In this document: piece after piece, positions 35,083-42,778 of the stretch | Position numbering within the stretch: position 1 is the first letter of the stretch | Layout: each line of letters opens with the position of its first letter | DNA from: an uncultured Thermoanaerobaculia bacterium | Lineage (GTDB): Bacteria; Acidobacteriota; Thermoanaerobaculia; Thermoanaerobaculales; Sulfomarinibacteraceae | Length of the DNA: 64,000 nt | Direction: 5' to 3' | NCBI GenBank assembly: GCA_964423595.1 | Contig: CAYRFI010000001.1 | Span: forward strand, 21,598 to 85,597 | Notes under the pieces: model-generated | What the model was told of the DNA's origin: nothing | The model's input: the letters and a program-made list of their open reading frames with translations, nothing else | Database searches by the model: none | Made by a program: the position numbers and the translations under genes

Positions 35083-35108
35083 AAAAAGCGGGGCCATGCC
35101 CCGCTCTT
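35083..35108. terminator. Bidirectional terminator between convergent genes
   Basis: AAAAAGCGGGGC-CAT-GCCCCGCTCTT (stem 35087-35105), with an A-run on one side and a T-rich run on the other. Confidence 0.8.
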
Positions 35109-35139
35109 GATCTCTCGCCCGGTCGATATCGGTGCGTGG

Positions 35140-35481
35140 TCAGACTGAAAAGGACTTGACCGCCAGCGCCTCGTCGTCGAACATCTCGAAGACGCCGACC
35201 AGTTGCGCCATGGTCAGCAGCTTGCGCGCCTTGATGTTGACGTTCAGCAGCTTGACCGCAGCTTCGTTGGAGGTTGCGGTCACCTTGCAACGGATGAGCT
35301 CGCCGAGACCCGATGAATCGATTGTCGTCACGCCATCGAGATTGATCACCACGTGCTTGCCGCCATTCTCGAGCTCCTCGACGAGAGTCTCTCGAAGAAC
35401 GACATCGCCCTTGCCGATCGTGAGCTTGCCGTTGAGGTCAAAAATCGCGACATCACCGACCTTGCGTTTTGTGATCTCCAT
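35140..35481 (-). CDS. STAS-domain anti-sigma-factor antagonist (SpoIIAA-like)
   Basis: MEITKRKVGDVAIFDLNGKLTIG...HVVINLDGVTTIDSSGLGELI...KLLNVNIKARKLLTMAQL. No cognate anti-sigma kinase is adjacent. Confidence 0.8.
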   Translation of the reverse strand: MEITKRKVGDVAIFDLNGKLTIGKGDVVLRETLVEELENGGKHVVINLDGVTTIDSSGLGELIRCKVTATSNEAAVKLLNVNIKARKLLTMAQLVGVFEMFDDEALAVKSFSV

Positions 35482-35847
35482 GTCAGTCCCCTTGGGCTCA
35501 TGCAACGGGCGCGCCCGCGCCGAGCGTGGAAAAGTCGAGATATTATCGCACAATCACGCCGAAAAGCCAGCCCTGCGCATTTTCTGTCTCATCGATCCAT
35601 TCCACTCCCCAACTCTTTTGGGTGGGTAAATTCGAATTCCGTCGGTTGCGGGCGCATTCATCGTTCCGACGTGAATTCCTGCGTCGGCCAGGAATAATAA
35701 CCGCGCTGCGGTGATTTTTTCATTCAGATCGACAGTGTTCCACTGTCATCAGTTGACGCCGGTAGGGAACACAACAAACACGGCGGAACCCCTCTTCCGC
35801 CTTTCGCGCCCGCGTCTTTCACGGCGCGGGCGTTTCTTTGTCCCCAG

Positions 35848-35877
35848 CCCGTCTCCGTTTCCGTCTCCGTGCCCGAC
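35848..35877 (+). repeat. Hexamer-array motif CCCGT(YTCCGT)3GCCCGAC
   Basis: CCCGTCTCCGTTTCCGTCTCCGTGCCCGAC. The same motif, with different unit numbers, forms the ends of the 29350-29772 element and recurs inverted at 38612-38647. Confidence 0.75.
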
Positions 35878-35888
35878 TGAATTCGAAC

Positions 35889-35944
35889 CACCAAGACGCC
35901 AAGTGCACCAAGCAAACCTTGGCTTCCTTGGTGCTTTGGTGGTG
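35889..35944 (-). repeat. Periodic-repeat hairpin 3' of nhaA (CACCAAG variant of the hairpin family)
   Basis: GCACCAAG (35905-35912) pairs with CTTGGTGC (35927-35934), and CACCAA (35889-35894) pairs with TTGGTG (35936-35941). It begins 14 nt after the nhaA stop on the - strand. Confidence 0.65.
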
Positions 35945-35957
35945 AACCCGGCGACGT

Positions 35958-37271
35958 CTACCCCTTTGGTAGAGATCTCGACAGGAAGATGTAGCCCAGA
36001 ATTCCCGACGTCAGCGACGCGGCGAGGATTCCGATTTTGGCGGTCACAATCAGCAGCTCGTTGTCGAAGGCGAGGTCGGTGATGAAGAGCGACATGGTGA
36101 AGCCGATTCCCGCCAGACATCCAACACCGACAACCTGCGCCCACGTCACCACCTCGGGAAGGGCGCCGCGGCCGCTTTTCACGACCAGCCAGCTCAAGAG
36201 GCCGATGCCGACCGGCTTTCCGACCACCAGACCGATGATGATACCGAGAGCGACCGGGTTCGCGAGCACCCTCATCAGGTCGCCACCGATCGCCACGCCC
36301 GCGTTGGCCAAGGCAAACAGAGGCAGGATCAACCACACCTGGACTGGATGCAGGTAATGCTCGAGAACCAGCCCCGCGGGCAGCGTATCCTCAGCCCGAG
36401 CATGGATGCTCTCCACGATATCGAGCTGCTCGCGATCGCTGATCAATGAGTGTTCGGAGAGCTCCATCTTCTTGATGCGATCCAAACGCTCTTCGGTCTC
36501 GTCGATGAACCGGTGGGGATCGACTCGCGGGCGGACCGGTATGACCATCGCCATCAAAATCCCGGCCACCGTGGCGTGTATGCCCGAGGAGAACACCGCC
36601 AGCCAGACGCCAATAATCAGCAGGTAGAGGATCCCTTTCCGCAGCCGTGCCCGGATCGCGACAAACAACAGCACCAACAAGAACGCGGCGACTCCGAGGG
36701 AAATGATGTCGATCTTCTCGGTGTAGAAAATGGCGATCACCGCCACCGCACCGAGATCGTCGGCAATTGCCACTGCGGTCAGAAACACCTTCAGACCGAG
36801 CGGTGCCCGGGTCCCGAAAATGGCGAGAACACCGAGAGCGAAGGCGATATCGGTGGCCATGGGGATGCCCCAACCACGAGTGCCCTCGCCACCGAGGTTG
36901 ACGACCGCGAAGAGCACCGCCGGTACCACCATGCCACCAACCGCCGCGGCCACCGGAAGGGCCGCCTTTCGGAAGGACGAGAGCTCACCAACCACCAGTT
37001 CGCGTTTGATCTCGAGACCGACGACAAAGAAGAAGACCACCATCAGGCCGTCGTTGATCCAGTGGTGGAGCGAGAGCTTGAAAGACGCGTCGCCCCACGA
37101 AACGCCGATATAAGTGTGGAGCAGATCGAAGTAGCTTTCGGCCCACGGCGAATTGGCCCACACCAGAGCCACTACGGTGGACGCCATCAGGAGGATGCTG
37201 CCGGTCACCTCGGATTTGACAAACCAGTCGAACCAGCCCCGGTAGCCACCCTGGTTGCTCTCTGAACTCAT
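35958..37271 (-). CDS. nhaA: Na+/H+ antiporter NhaA
   Basis: ..LHHWINDGLMVVFFFVVGLEIKRELVVGEL.. and ..AIADDLGAVAVIAIFY.. are NhaA signatures. About 12 TM helices; 437 aa. Confidence 0.92.
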   Translation of the reverse strand: MSSESNQGGYRGWFDWFVKSEVTGSILLMASTVVALVWANSPWAESYFDLLHTYIGVSWGDASFKLSLHHWINDGLMVVFFFVVGLEIKRELVVGELSSFRKAALPVAAAVGGMVVPAVLFAVVNLGGEGTRGWGIPMATDIAFALGVLAIFGTRAPLGLKVFLTAVAIADDLGAVAVIAIFYTEKIDIISLGVAAFLLVLLFVAIRARLRKGILYLLIIGVWLAVFSSGIHATVAGILMAMVIPVRPRVDPHRFIDETEERLDRIKKMELSEHSLISDREQLDIVESIHARAEDTLPAGLVLEHYLHPVQVWLILPLFALANAGVAIGGDLMRVLANPVALGIIIGLVVGKPVGIGLLSWLVVKSGRGALPEVVTWAQVVGVGCLAGIGFTMSLFITDLAFDNELLIVTAKIGILAASLTSGILGYIFLSRSLPKG

Positions 37272-37314
37272 GTTTCGCCTCCCGATAGAGTGCCGAAATG
37301 ATAGCCTAACAAGA

Positions 37315-37338
37315 ACGGCGGCGCTTTCGCGCCGCCGT
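37315..37338 (-). terminator. Terminator hairpin downstream of the solute-binding protein gene
   Basis: ACGGCGGCGC-TTTC-GCGCCGCCGT (10-bp stem). A second hairpin CTTTTCGC/GCGAAAAG at 37357-37377 directly abuts the stop. Confidence 0.6.
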
Positions 37339-37377
37339 TTCCGAACTGTTACTCAGCTTTTCGCGACCAGCGAAAAG

Positions 37378-38154
37378 TTATGGGAGCTGAATGAGCCAGC
37401 CTCCGTCCTCGAACCACTTCTTCTCGAGCGCGTCGAGCAGGCCGATACCTTCGAGGGCGCCGAGATAATTGGTCACCATGTTGATGAAGAGCGAGTCGCC
37501 CGGCGCGAGGGCGATACCGATTGGCTTGATTGTCATCGGCTCGGCCAAGGTGGCCAGACCGGCATCCGGGAAGCGCATCTGCGACAGGGGACAGATCGGG
37601 AAGTCCGCCACCATCGCGTCGGCCTTGCCGTCCAGCACCATCTGCACACCCGCGTCATAATCATCGACCGGAAGGTAGGTGGTCCTCTCGAGCACCGTCT
37701 GCACGAACTTTTCGCTCGTCGATCCCTTGAGCGCGGTGATCTTGATGGACGAGCGATCGATCTCCTCGGCGTCTTTGAGTGCCGCCAGGGTCGACGACTT
37801 GGTGAGGATCGACTTGCCCGACACGATGTAGGGCCCGACGAAGGCCGCCTTGAGGTTGCGCTGTGGGGTCATGGTCATGCCCGACATGATGGCGTCGTCG
37901 ATCTCGCCCTTCTCGAGGGCCGGTAGTAGCTCACCAAAGGGCTTCTGGACGCATTCCACTTTGACGCCCATGGCGCGTCCGGCCAGGATGTTGGCAAGAT
38001 CGACCTCATAGCCGATCAGCGATCCCGATTTGGAAACCACCGTGAACGGCGGTTGGGTGCCGGACATACCGACCCTGAAGGTGCCGCTCTCGACGATGCG
38101 GCTGAGAACCGGCGCGTTGTCGGCGGCAACGGCGTCGGCCGCGCGCCCGAGCAA
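37378..38154 (-). CDS. Periplasmic amino-acid-type ABC substrate-binding protein (family 3 SBP); true start uncertain
   Basis: ..FRVGMSGTQPPFTVVSKSGSLIGYEVDLANILA...DAIMSGMTMTPQR...KADAMVADFP... The open frame continues upstream as a KKRSFVLFAIALLALLG signal peptide (to 38196) behind an AAGGAGG SD, but has no ATG/GTG/TTG there. Confidence 0.75.
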   Translation of the reverse strand: MLGRAADAVAADNAPVLSRIVESGTFRVGMSGTQPPFTVVSKSGSLIGYEVDLANILAGRAMGVKVECVQKPFGELLPALEKGEIDDAIMSGMTMTPQRNLKAAFVGPYIVSGKSILTKSSTLAALKDAEEIDRSSIKITALKGSTSEKFVQTVLERTTYLPVDDYDAGVQMVLDGKADAMVADFPICPLSQMRFPDAGLATLAEPMTIKPIGIALAPGDSLFINMVTNYLGALEGIGLLDALEKKWFEDGGWLIQLP

Positions 38155-38306
38155 GGCGAGGAGAGCAATAGCGAACAGAACGAACGAGCGCTTCTTAAAT
38201 TGCCTCCTTGATGTGTCGGGCCCGGCGTTCGCCGGCGCCTCAATTCTTGAACAATGTGCTAGCGAGGACGATTCCCTTTTTCAGTGCGGCCTGAAGAATA
38301 GCGCAT

Positions 38307-38566
38307 ATGAAAACGACGTGCACATTTCGATCTGTTTTCTTCGTATGGCTGCTGATCATGGCAGCTGCAAATCACACCGCGTCAGAAGAGCTGACAGGTA
38401 CACGACCCGGTGTTGACGGCCAGCCTCTGACCGTCAGCAGCACCCTCTTTCTCCTCGATGTGTCGAAGATCGAGCCGGCGGAGCCGTCGCGTTGAACAGG
38501 CTCTCGAGGTGGGCGTTCCCGGCGGCATTTATGCTCCTCATCGTGTGGTCGTTCTGGTTGGCGTGA
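38307..38566 (+). pseudogene. Pentameric ligand-gated ion channel (pLGIC) remnant with a large internal deletion
   Basis: N-terminal piece MKTTC..VWLLIMAAA..GQPLTVSSTLFLLDVSKIE (start of the extracellular domain, compare GLIC ..EPLTVNTGIYLIECYSLD..), stop at 38493. In the +1-shifted frame, 38492-38566 encodes NRLSRWAFPAAFMLLIVWSFWLA*, matching the pre-M4/M4 motif (IDR.SR..FP..F). About 250 aa between them are missing. Confidence 0.5.
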
Positions 38567-38611
38567 GTTCACGGTCCTCAAACCCTCAGAACCTACAGCT
38601 CATAGCCCCGC

Positions 38612-38647
38612 GTCGGGCACGGAAACGGAGACCGAGACAGGTACGGG
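38612..38647 (-). repeat. Hexamer-array motif (inverted copy, 4 units)
   Basis: The reverse complement reads CCCGTACCTGTCTCGGTCTCCGTTTCCGTGCCCGAC. Confidence 0.7.
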
Positions 38648-38715
38648 GGTGGAGCGTTCCTTGACCGGTCCGATGACCGGCTTCTCCGGCGGGCCGGCCG
38701 CGAAGGACCGGCGAT

Positions 38716-38904
38716 TCAGCCATTGTCCCGCCTATCCCGCACCATCCGCAGGATCCGCACATCTTCGCGGTGCCGGGGGTGGTCGATCCTTCTTTTGATG
38801 GTGATGAGACTGTCGAGGTCGATCCAATACGCGTACGCTCAGCCGTACATGCCCTCGATCCGTCGTCGCCATGCGTCCGCGAAATCGAGTTCGACCGTAT
38901 CCAC
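38716..38904 (-). pseudogene. C-terminal fragment of a nucleotidyltransferase-like (AbiEii/MNT-type) protein with an in-frame stop
   Basis: The - strand reads VDTVELDFADAWRRRIEGMYG*AYAYWIDLDSLITIKRRIDHPRHREDVRILRMV... The pattern ..F..AW.RR......v.v.sLe.LI..K...gR.kD..D...L is typical of the C-terminal half of such proteins. In-frame TGA at 38839-38841; no N-terminal catalytic part. Confidence 0.35.
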
Positions 38905-38907
38905 GAT

Positions 38908-39117
38908 TCACGGCTCCTCGTGTGCGGCCTCGACCAGCTTCACTTCTCGTCGAATCGCAACCAACGCCGACAGGTGTTCTTCGGGTGTACGCCGCTGCCA
39001 GAATTCGAGGTCTCGCGCCTCAGCGTCTTCGGGCGACCGAACGACGTTGGCGACGATGATCTCGCGTCGACGCCGGCTCCGGTCTTCAAGGGTTTCTGTC
39101 GGAATTATCATTATCAT
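38908..39117 (-). CDS. Hypothetical 69-aa ORF (possibly another gene fragment)
   Basis: MIMIIPTETLEDRSRRRREIIVANVVRSPEDAEARDLEFWQRRTPEEHLSALVAIRRE... The motif EA...D.EFW...TPEERL is seen in small antitoxin-like or accessory proteins. Low-GC upstream region. Weak support. Confidence 0.3.
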   Translation of the reverse strand: MIMIIPTETLEDRSRRRREIIVANVVRSPEDAEARDLEFWQRRTPEEHLSALVAIRREVKLVEAAHEEP

Positions 39118-39275
39118 CAGTATTTTAGCTCATTTGAGAGGATGTGTCCCGCGTGCCTGGTCCACCCACCCACCCTCCGCAAGAAGACCGTGGATCAACC
39201 CTGAGTACTACAACAGCCCATGGAATCCCTGCTAATGTTCCTGCGGAAGAGCATGTCTTGTCACGGGGGAAATCC

Positions 39276-42200
39276 ATGAGAAAGTTCGCCACTCTGTTCA
39301 TCATCTGCACATTGGCGCTGCCGTTGGCTGCGGCCGAAGAAGAAGAACCGGTCAAGGGCATGACCGCGAAGGCCTTCGAGGGCCTCGAGTTCCGTAGCAT
39401 CGGCCCGGCGTTGATGTCTGGGCGGATCGCGGACATCGCCATCCATCCGGCCGATTTCAGCACCTGGTACGTGGCGGTTGCATCGGGTGGCGTTTGGAAG
39501 ACCACCAACTCCGGCACAACCTGGACGCCGATCTTCGACAAAGAAAAATCGTACTCGATCGGCTGTGTCGTGCTCGACCCGTCCAATCCGGAAATCGTTT
39601 GGGTCGGCACCGGCGAGAATGTCGGCGGTCGTCACGTCGCTTTCGGCGACGGTGTCTACCGGAGCGACGATGGCGGGGCGAACTGGAAAAACATGGGGTT
39701 GAGGGATTCGCAGCACATCTCCGAGATCATCGTTGACCCCACCGACTCGAACACGGTCTATGTCGCCTCCCAGGGGCCGCTATGGTCGCCGGGCGGTGAT
39801 CGTGGTCTGTTCAAGACCACCGACGGCGGCGCCACCTGGGGCGACGTCCTGTCGGACGGAGAGTGGACGGGCGTCACCGATGTCGTCATGGATTCGCGCG
39901 ACCCGCAGGTCCTTTACGCGGCCACCTGGCAACACCAACGGACGGTGGCGGCGGTCATCGATGGCGGTCCTGAGTCGGGGATCTATCGAACCGACGACGG
40001 CGGCGGCCATTGGACGCGCCTCAAACAGGGCCTCCCAAAGGGCAACATGGGCAAGATCGGCCTCGCCATCTCACCCCAGAACCCAGATGTCGTTTACGCC
40101 GTGATCGAGCTCGACAACCGCAAGGGCGGAACCTGGCGCAGCGCCAACCGCGGTGCGAGCTGGGAGAAGCGTTCCGACGCCGTCTCCGGCGGCACCGGGC
40201 CTCACTACTACCAGGAGCTCGAGGCGAGCCCCCACGCCTTCGACCGCATCTACATCATCGACGTCCGGATGCAGGTCTCGGACGACGGCGGCACGACCTT
40301 CCGGCGGGTCAAGGAGACCGCTAAGCACTCGGACAACCACGCCCTCGCTTTCCGGCCCGACGACCCGAACTGGTTGCTCGCCGGCACCGACGGCGGGATC
40401 TACGAGAGCTTCGACCTCGCCGGGAGCTGGCGCTTTATCGCCAATCTGCCGGTGACCCAGTTCTACAAGCTGGCGCTGGACGATGCGAAGCCCTTCTACA
40501 ACGTCTACGGCGGCACCCAGGACAACAACACACAGGGCGGGCCGACCCGGACCGACAGCGTCAACGGTATTCGCAACGCCGACTGGTTCATCACCCTCTT
40601 TGCCGACGGGTACCAGCCGGCGGTCGAGCCCGGCAACCCCGACATCGTCTACTCCGAGTGGCAGGAGGGCAACCTGGTCCGCACCGACCGCACGACCGGC
40701 GGCATCGTCTACATCCAGCCCCAGCCCGAGCCCGGCGACCCGCCCGAGCGTTTCAACTGGGACGCTCCGATTCTGATCAGCCCACACTCGCCGACCCGGA
40801 TCTACTACGCCTCGCAGCGAGTGTGGCGCTCGGATGATCGCGGCGACAGCTGGAAACCGATCAGCCCCGACCTGACAAGGAACCAGGACCGGATGCTGCT
40901 GCCGGTCATGGGCCGCCAATGGAGCTCGACCGCACCGTGGGATTTCGTCGCGATGTCCGCGTACGACACCATCACCTCGCTCGCCGAATCGCCCGTCCAG
41001 GAGGGCCTGCTCTGGGCCGGCACAGACGACGGCCTGCTGCAGGTGAGCGGCGACGGCGGCGAAAACTGGAAGGCGATTCCGGTCGGCGACCTTCCGGGCG
41101 TTCCGGAAACGGCCTTCGTCAACGACATCAAGGCCGACCTCTTCGATGCCGACACGGTCTACGTCTGTCTCGACAATCACAAGTACGGCGACTTCAAACC
41201 CTATCTCATGAAAAGCACTAATCGCGGCCGCAGCTGGAAATCGATCGCCGGCGATCTGCCCGATCGCCACCTGGTGTGGAGAGTGGTGCAGGATCACGTC
41301 AAACCGGGGCTGCTCTTCGCCGCCACCGAGTTCGGGGTTTTCTTCACGGTCGAAGGCGGCGGGAAATGGGTTCGGCTCCCGGGTGGCGTGCCCACGATCG
41401 CCTTTCGCGACCTCGCCATTCAGCGGCGAGACAACGACCTCGTCGGCGCTTCCTTCGGACGCGGCTTCTACGTGCTCGACGACTACACGCCGCTGCGCCA
41501 GATCAGCGACGAGGCGATGGAGCAGGCGGCCCTTCTCTTCCCTGTTCGAAATGCCCCCTGGTATTTCCAGCGCCGGCCGCTCGGCGACGACGGCCAGGCC
41601 TCGCAGGGAGCCGCCTATTACATAGCCGACAACCCACCCTTCGGAGCGGTCTTTACCTATCACCTCGCGGATGGTCTGAAATCACTCGAGGAACAACGGC
41701 GCGAGGGGCAGAAGAAGCTCGAAAAGGAGTGGAAGGACACCCCCTACGTCGGCTTTGACGAGCTCGAGCGCGAGCGGCGGCAGCCAAAAGCCGCCATCCT
41801 GCTCACGGTTCGTGACAGCGAGGGCGACGTCGTCCGCACCCTCACGGGCCCGGCCAAGGCCGGCTTCCATAGGGTCGCGTGGGACCTCAGCTACCCAACC
41901 ACCGCCGCTATCGAGAGAGTCGTGAGTGAGCGCTGGGGAGGCCGCCCCGACCGCGACGACTCGGGCTTCATGGCGCCACCCGGGACCTACACGGTGACGA
42001 TGTCGAAACGGGTGGACGGTCAGGTGACCGATCTCGCGGGACCGATGGCTTTCGAGGTCGTGCGGGTTTTCGAGGGCGCCCTCGAGGGATCTTCGCCGAC
42101 CGACGCCGCCGAATTCATGCGACAGGTCGCCGAGCTGCAACGCAGCGTCACCGCGGCCGACGAGGCCATGGAGCTCGCATTCAAAACCGTCGAGGAGCTC

Positions 42201-42566
42201 GAGAGAGCGCTGGCGCGCTCCACGACCGATCCCGGGACCCTCGACACCGAGCTCGAGGCGCTCAGGCAAAAGCTTTACGAGCTCGACCAGGCCTTGTCCG
42301 GAAATCGTACGATCGGTGAGATGGGCCATCCCCAGGTGCCGACCGTTTCCGGACGACTTCGGGTGGCATCCATGAGCGGTGGCATGTCGGACTATGGCCC
42401 GACTGCCACCCACCGGCGCTCGTTCGAAATCGCCCGCGAAGAGTTTGCGGAGATCGAGGTCAGCCTCAAGCAACTCCTCGACGACGATCTGCCGGCCCTC
42501 GAGGCCAAGATGGAAGCGGCCGGTGTTCCATGGACTCCGGGAAGACCTTTGCCGGAGATTCGCTGA
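39276..42566 (+). CDS. Secreted BNR/Asp-box repeat protein, sortilin/VPS10-like double beta-propeller
   Basis: Signal MRKFATLFIICTLALPLAAA. Repeated Asp-boxes: GGVWKTTNSGTTW, YRSDDGGANW, FKTTDGGATW, YRTDDGGGHW, WRSANRGASW, VSDDGGTTF, VSGDGGENW, MKSTNRGRSW. Confidence 0.8.
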   Translation: MRKFATLFIICTLALPLAAAEEEEPVKGMTAKAFEGLEFRSIGPALMSGRIADIAIHPADFSTWYVAVASGGVWKTTNSGTTWTPIFDKEKSYSIGCVVLDPSNPEIVWVGTGENVGGRHVAFGDGVYRSDDGGANWKNMGLRDSQHISEIIVDPTDSNTVYVASQGPLWSPGGDRGLFKTTDGGATWGDVLSDGEWTGVTDVVMDSRDPQVLYAATWQHQRTVAAVIDGGPESGIYRTDDGGGHWTRLKQGLPKGNMGKIGLAISPQNPDVVYAVIELDNRKGGTWRSANRGASWEKRSDAVSGGTGPHYYQELEASPHAFDRIYIIDVRMQVSDDGGTTFRRVKETAKHSDNHALAFRPDDPNWLLAGTDGGIYESFDLAGSWRFIANLPVTQFYKLALDDAKPFYNVYGGTQDNNTQGGPTRTDSVNGIRNADWFITLFADGYQPAVEPGNPDIVYSEWQEGNLVRTDRTTGGIVYIQPQPEPGDPPERFNWDAPILISPHSPTRIYYASQRVWRSDDRGDSWKPISPDLTRNQDRMLLPVMGRQWSSTAPWDFVAMSAYDTITSLAESPVQEGLLWAGTDDGLLQVSGDGGENWKAIPVGDLPGVPETAFVNDIKADLFDADTVYVCLDNHKYGDFKPYLMKSTNRGRSWKSIAGDLPDRHLVWRVVQDHVKPGLLFAATEFGVFFTVEGGGKWVRLPGGVPTIAFRDLAIQRRDNDLVGASFGRGFYVLDDYTPLRQISDEAMEQAALLFPVRNAPWYFQRRPLGDDGQASQGAAYYIADNPPFGAVFTYHLADGLKSLEEQRREGQKKLEKEWKDTPYVGFDELERERRQPKAAILLTVRDSEGDVVRTLTGPAKAGFHRVAWDLSYPTTAAIERVVSERWGGRPDRDDSGFMAPPGTYTVTMSKRVDGQVTDLAGPMAFEVVRVFEGALEGSSPTDAAEFMRQVAELQRSVTAADEAMELAFKTVEELERALARSTTDPGTLDTELEALRQKLYELDQALSGNRTIGEMGHPQVPTVSGRLRVASMSGGMSDYGPTATHRRSFEIAREEFAEIEVSLKQLLDDDLPALEAKMEAAGVPWTPGRPLPEIR

Positions 42567-42778
42567 GCACCATCAGCGCGAAGGAACTAGCGCCTGGGGC
42601 TCACGCCCCAGGCTAAGCATCTGCCGCCGCTCCGCGGCTCGCTCATAGCGCCAATCACCCGGTCCGAGCCCCCGCAGGGGGCGACAGATGGATAGCCCGG
42701 GGTGTAAACCCCGGATCTAGCGCAACATCTTTGATGGCCCCCCGGCCTAAGCCCCGGGTTGCGGGGTGCCTGAGGGGC
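42567..42778. repeat. GC-rich multi-hairpin intergenic element
   Basis: Successive stems GCCTGGGG/CCCCAGGC, GCCCCC/GGGGGC and CCGGGG/CCCCGG. One frame reads GLTPQAKHLPPLRGS and another SPGCKPRI, strings that I recall seeing in spurious ORFs over repeat elements in other GC-rich genomes (recollection only). Confidence 0.5.

Noticed and set aside
31798-35097. 1099-aa ORF on the - strand, the longest ORF in the region
   Set aside because: It is antisense to the 31933-35073 gene. The translation is Arg/Gly/Ala/Asp-rich with no motifs, typical of shadow ORFs in high-GC DNA, whereas the + strand product has a signal anchor and repeated CarboxypepD_reg-like units.
35848-38647. Composite transposon bounded by inverted hexamer-array motifs and carrying nhaA and the SBP gene
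   Set aside because: The flanking tetranucleotides differ (CCAG versus GGTG), so there is no target-site duplication. There is no transposase, and the motifs have different unit numbers. More likely these are independent repeat copies.
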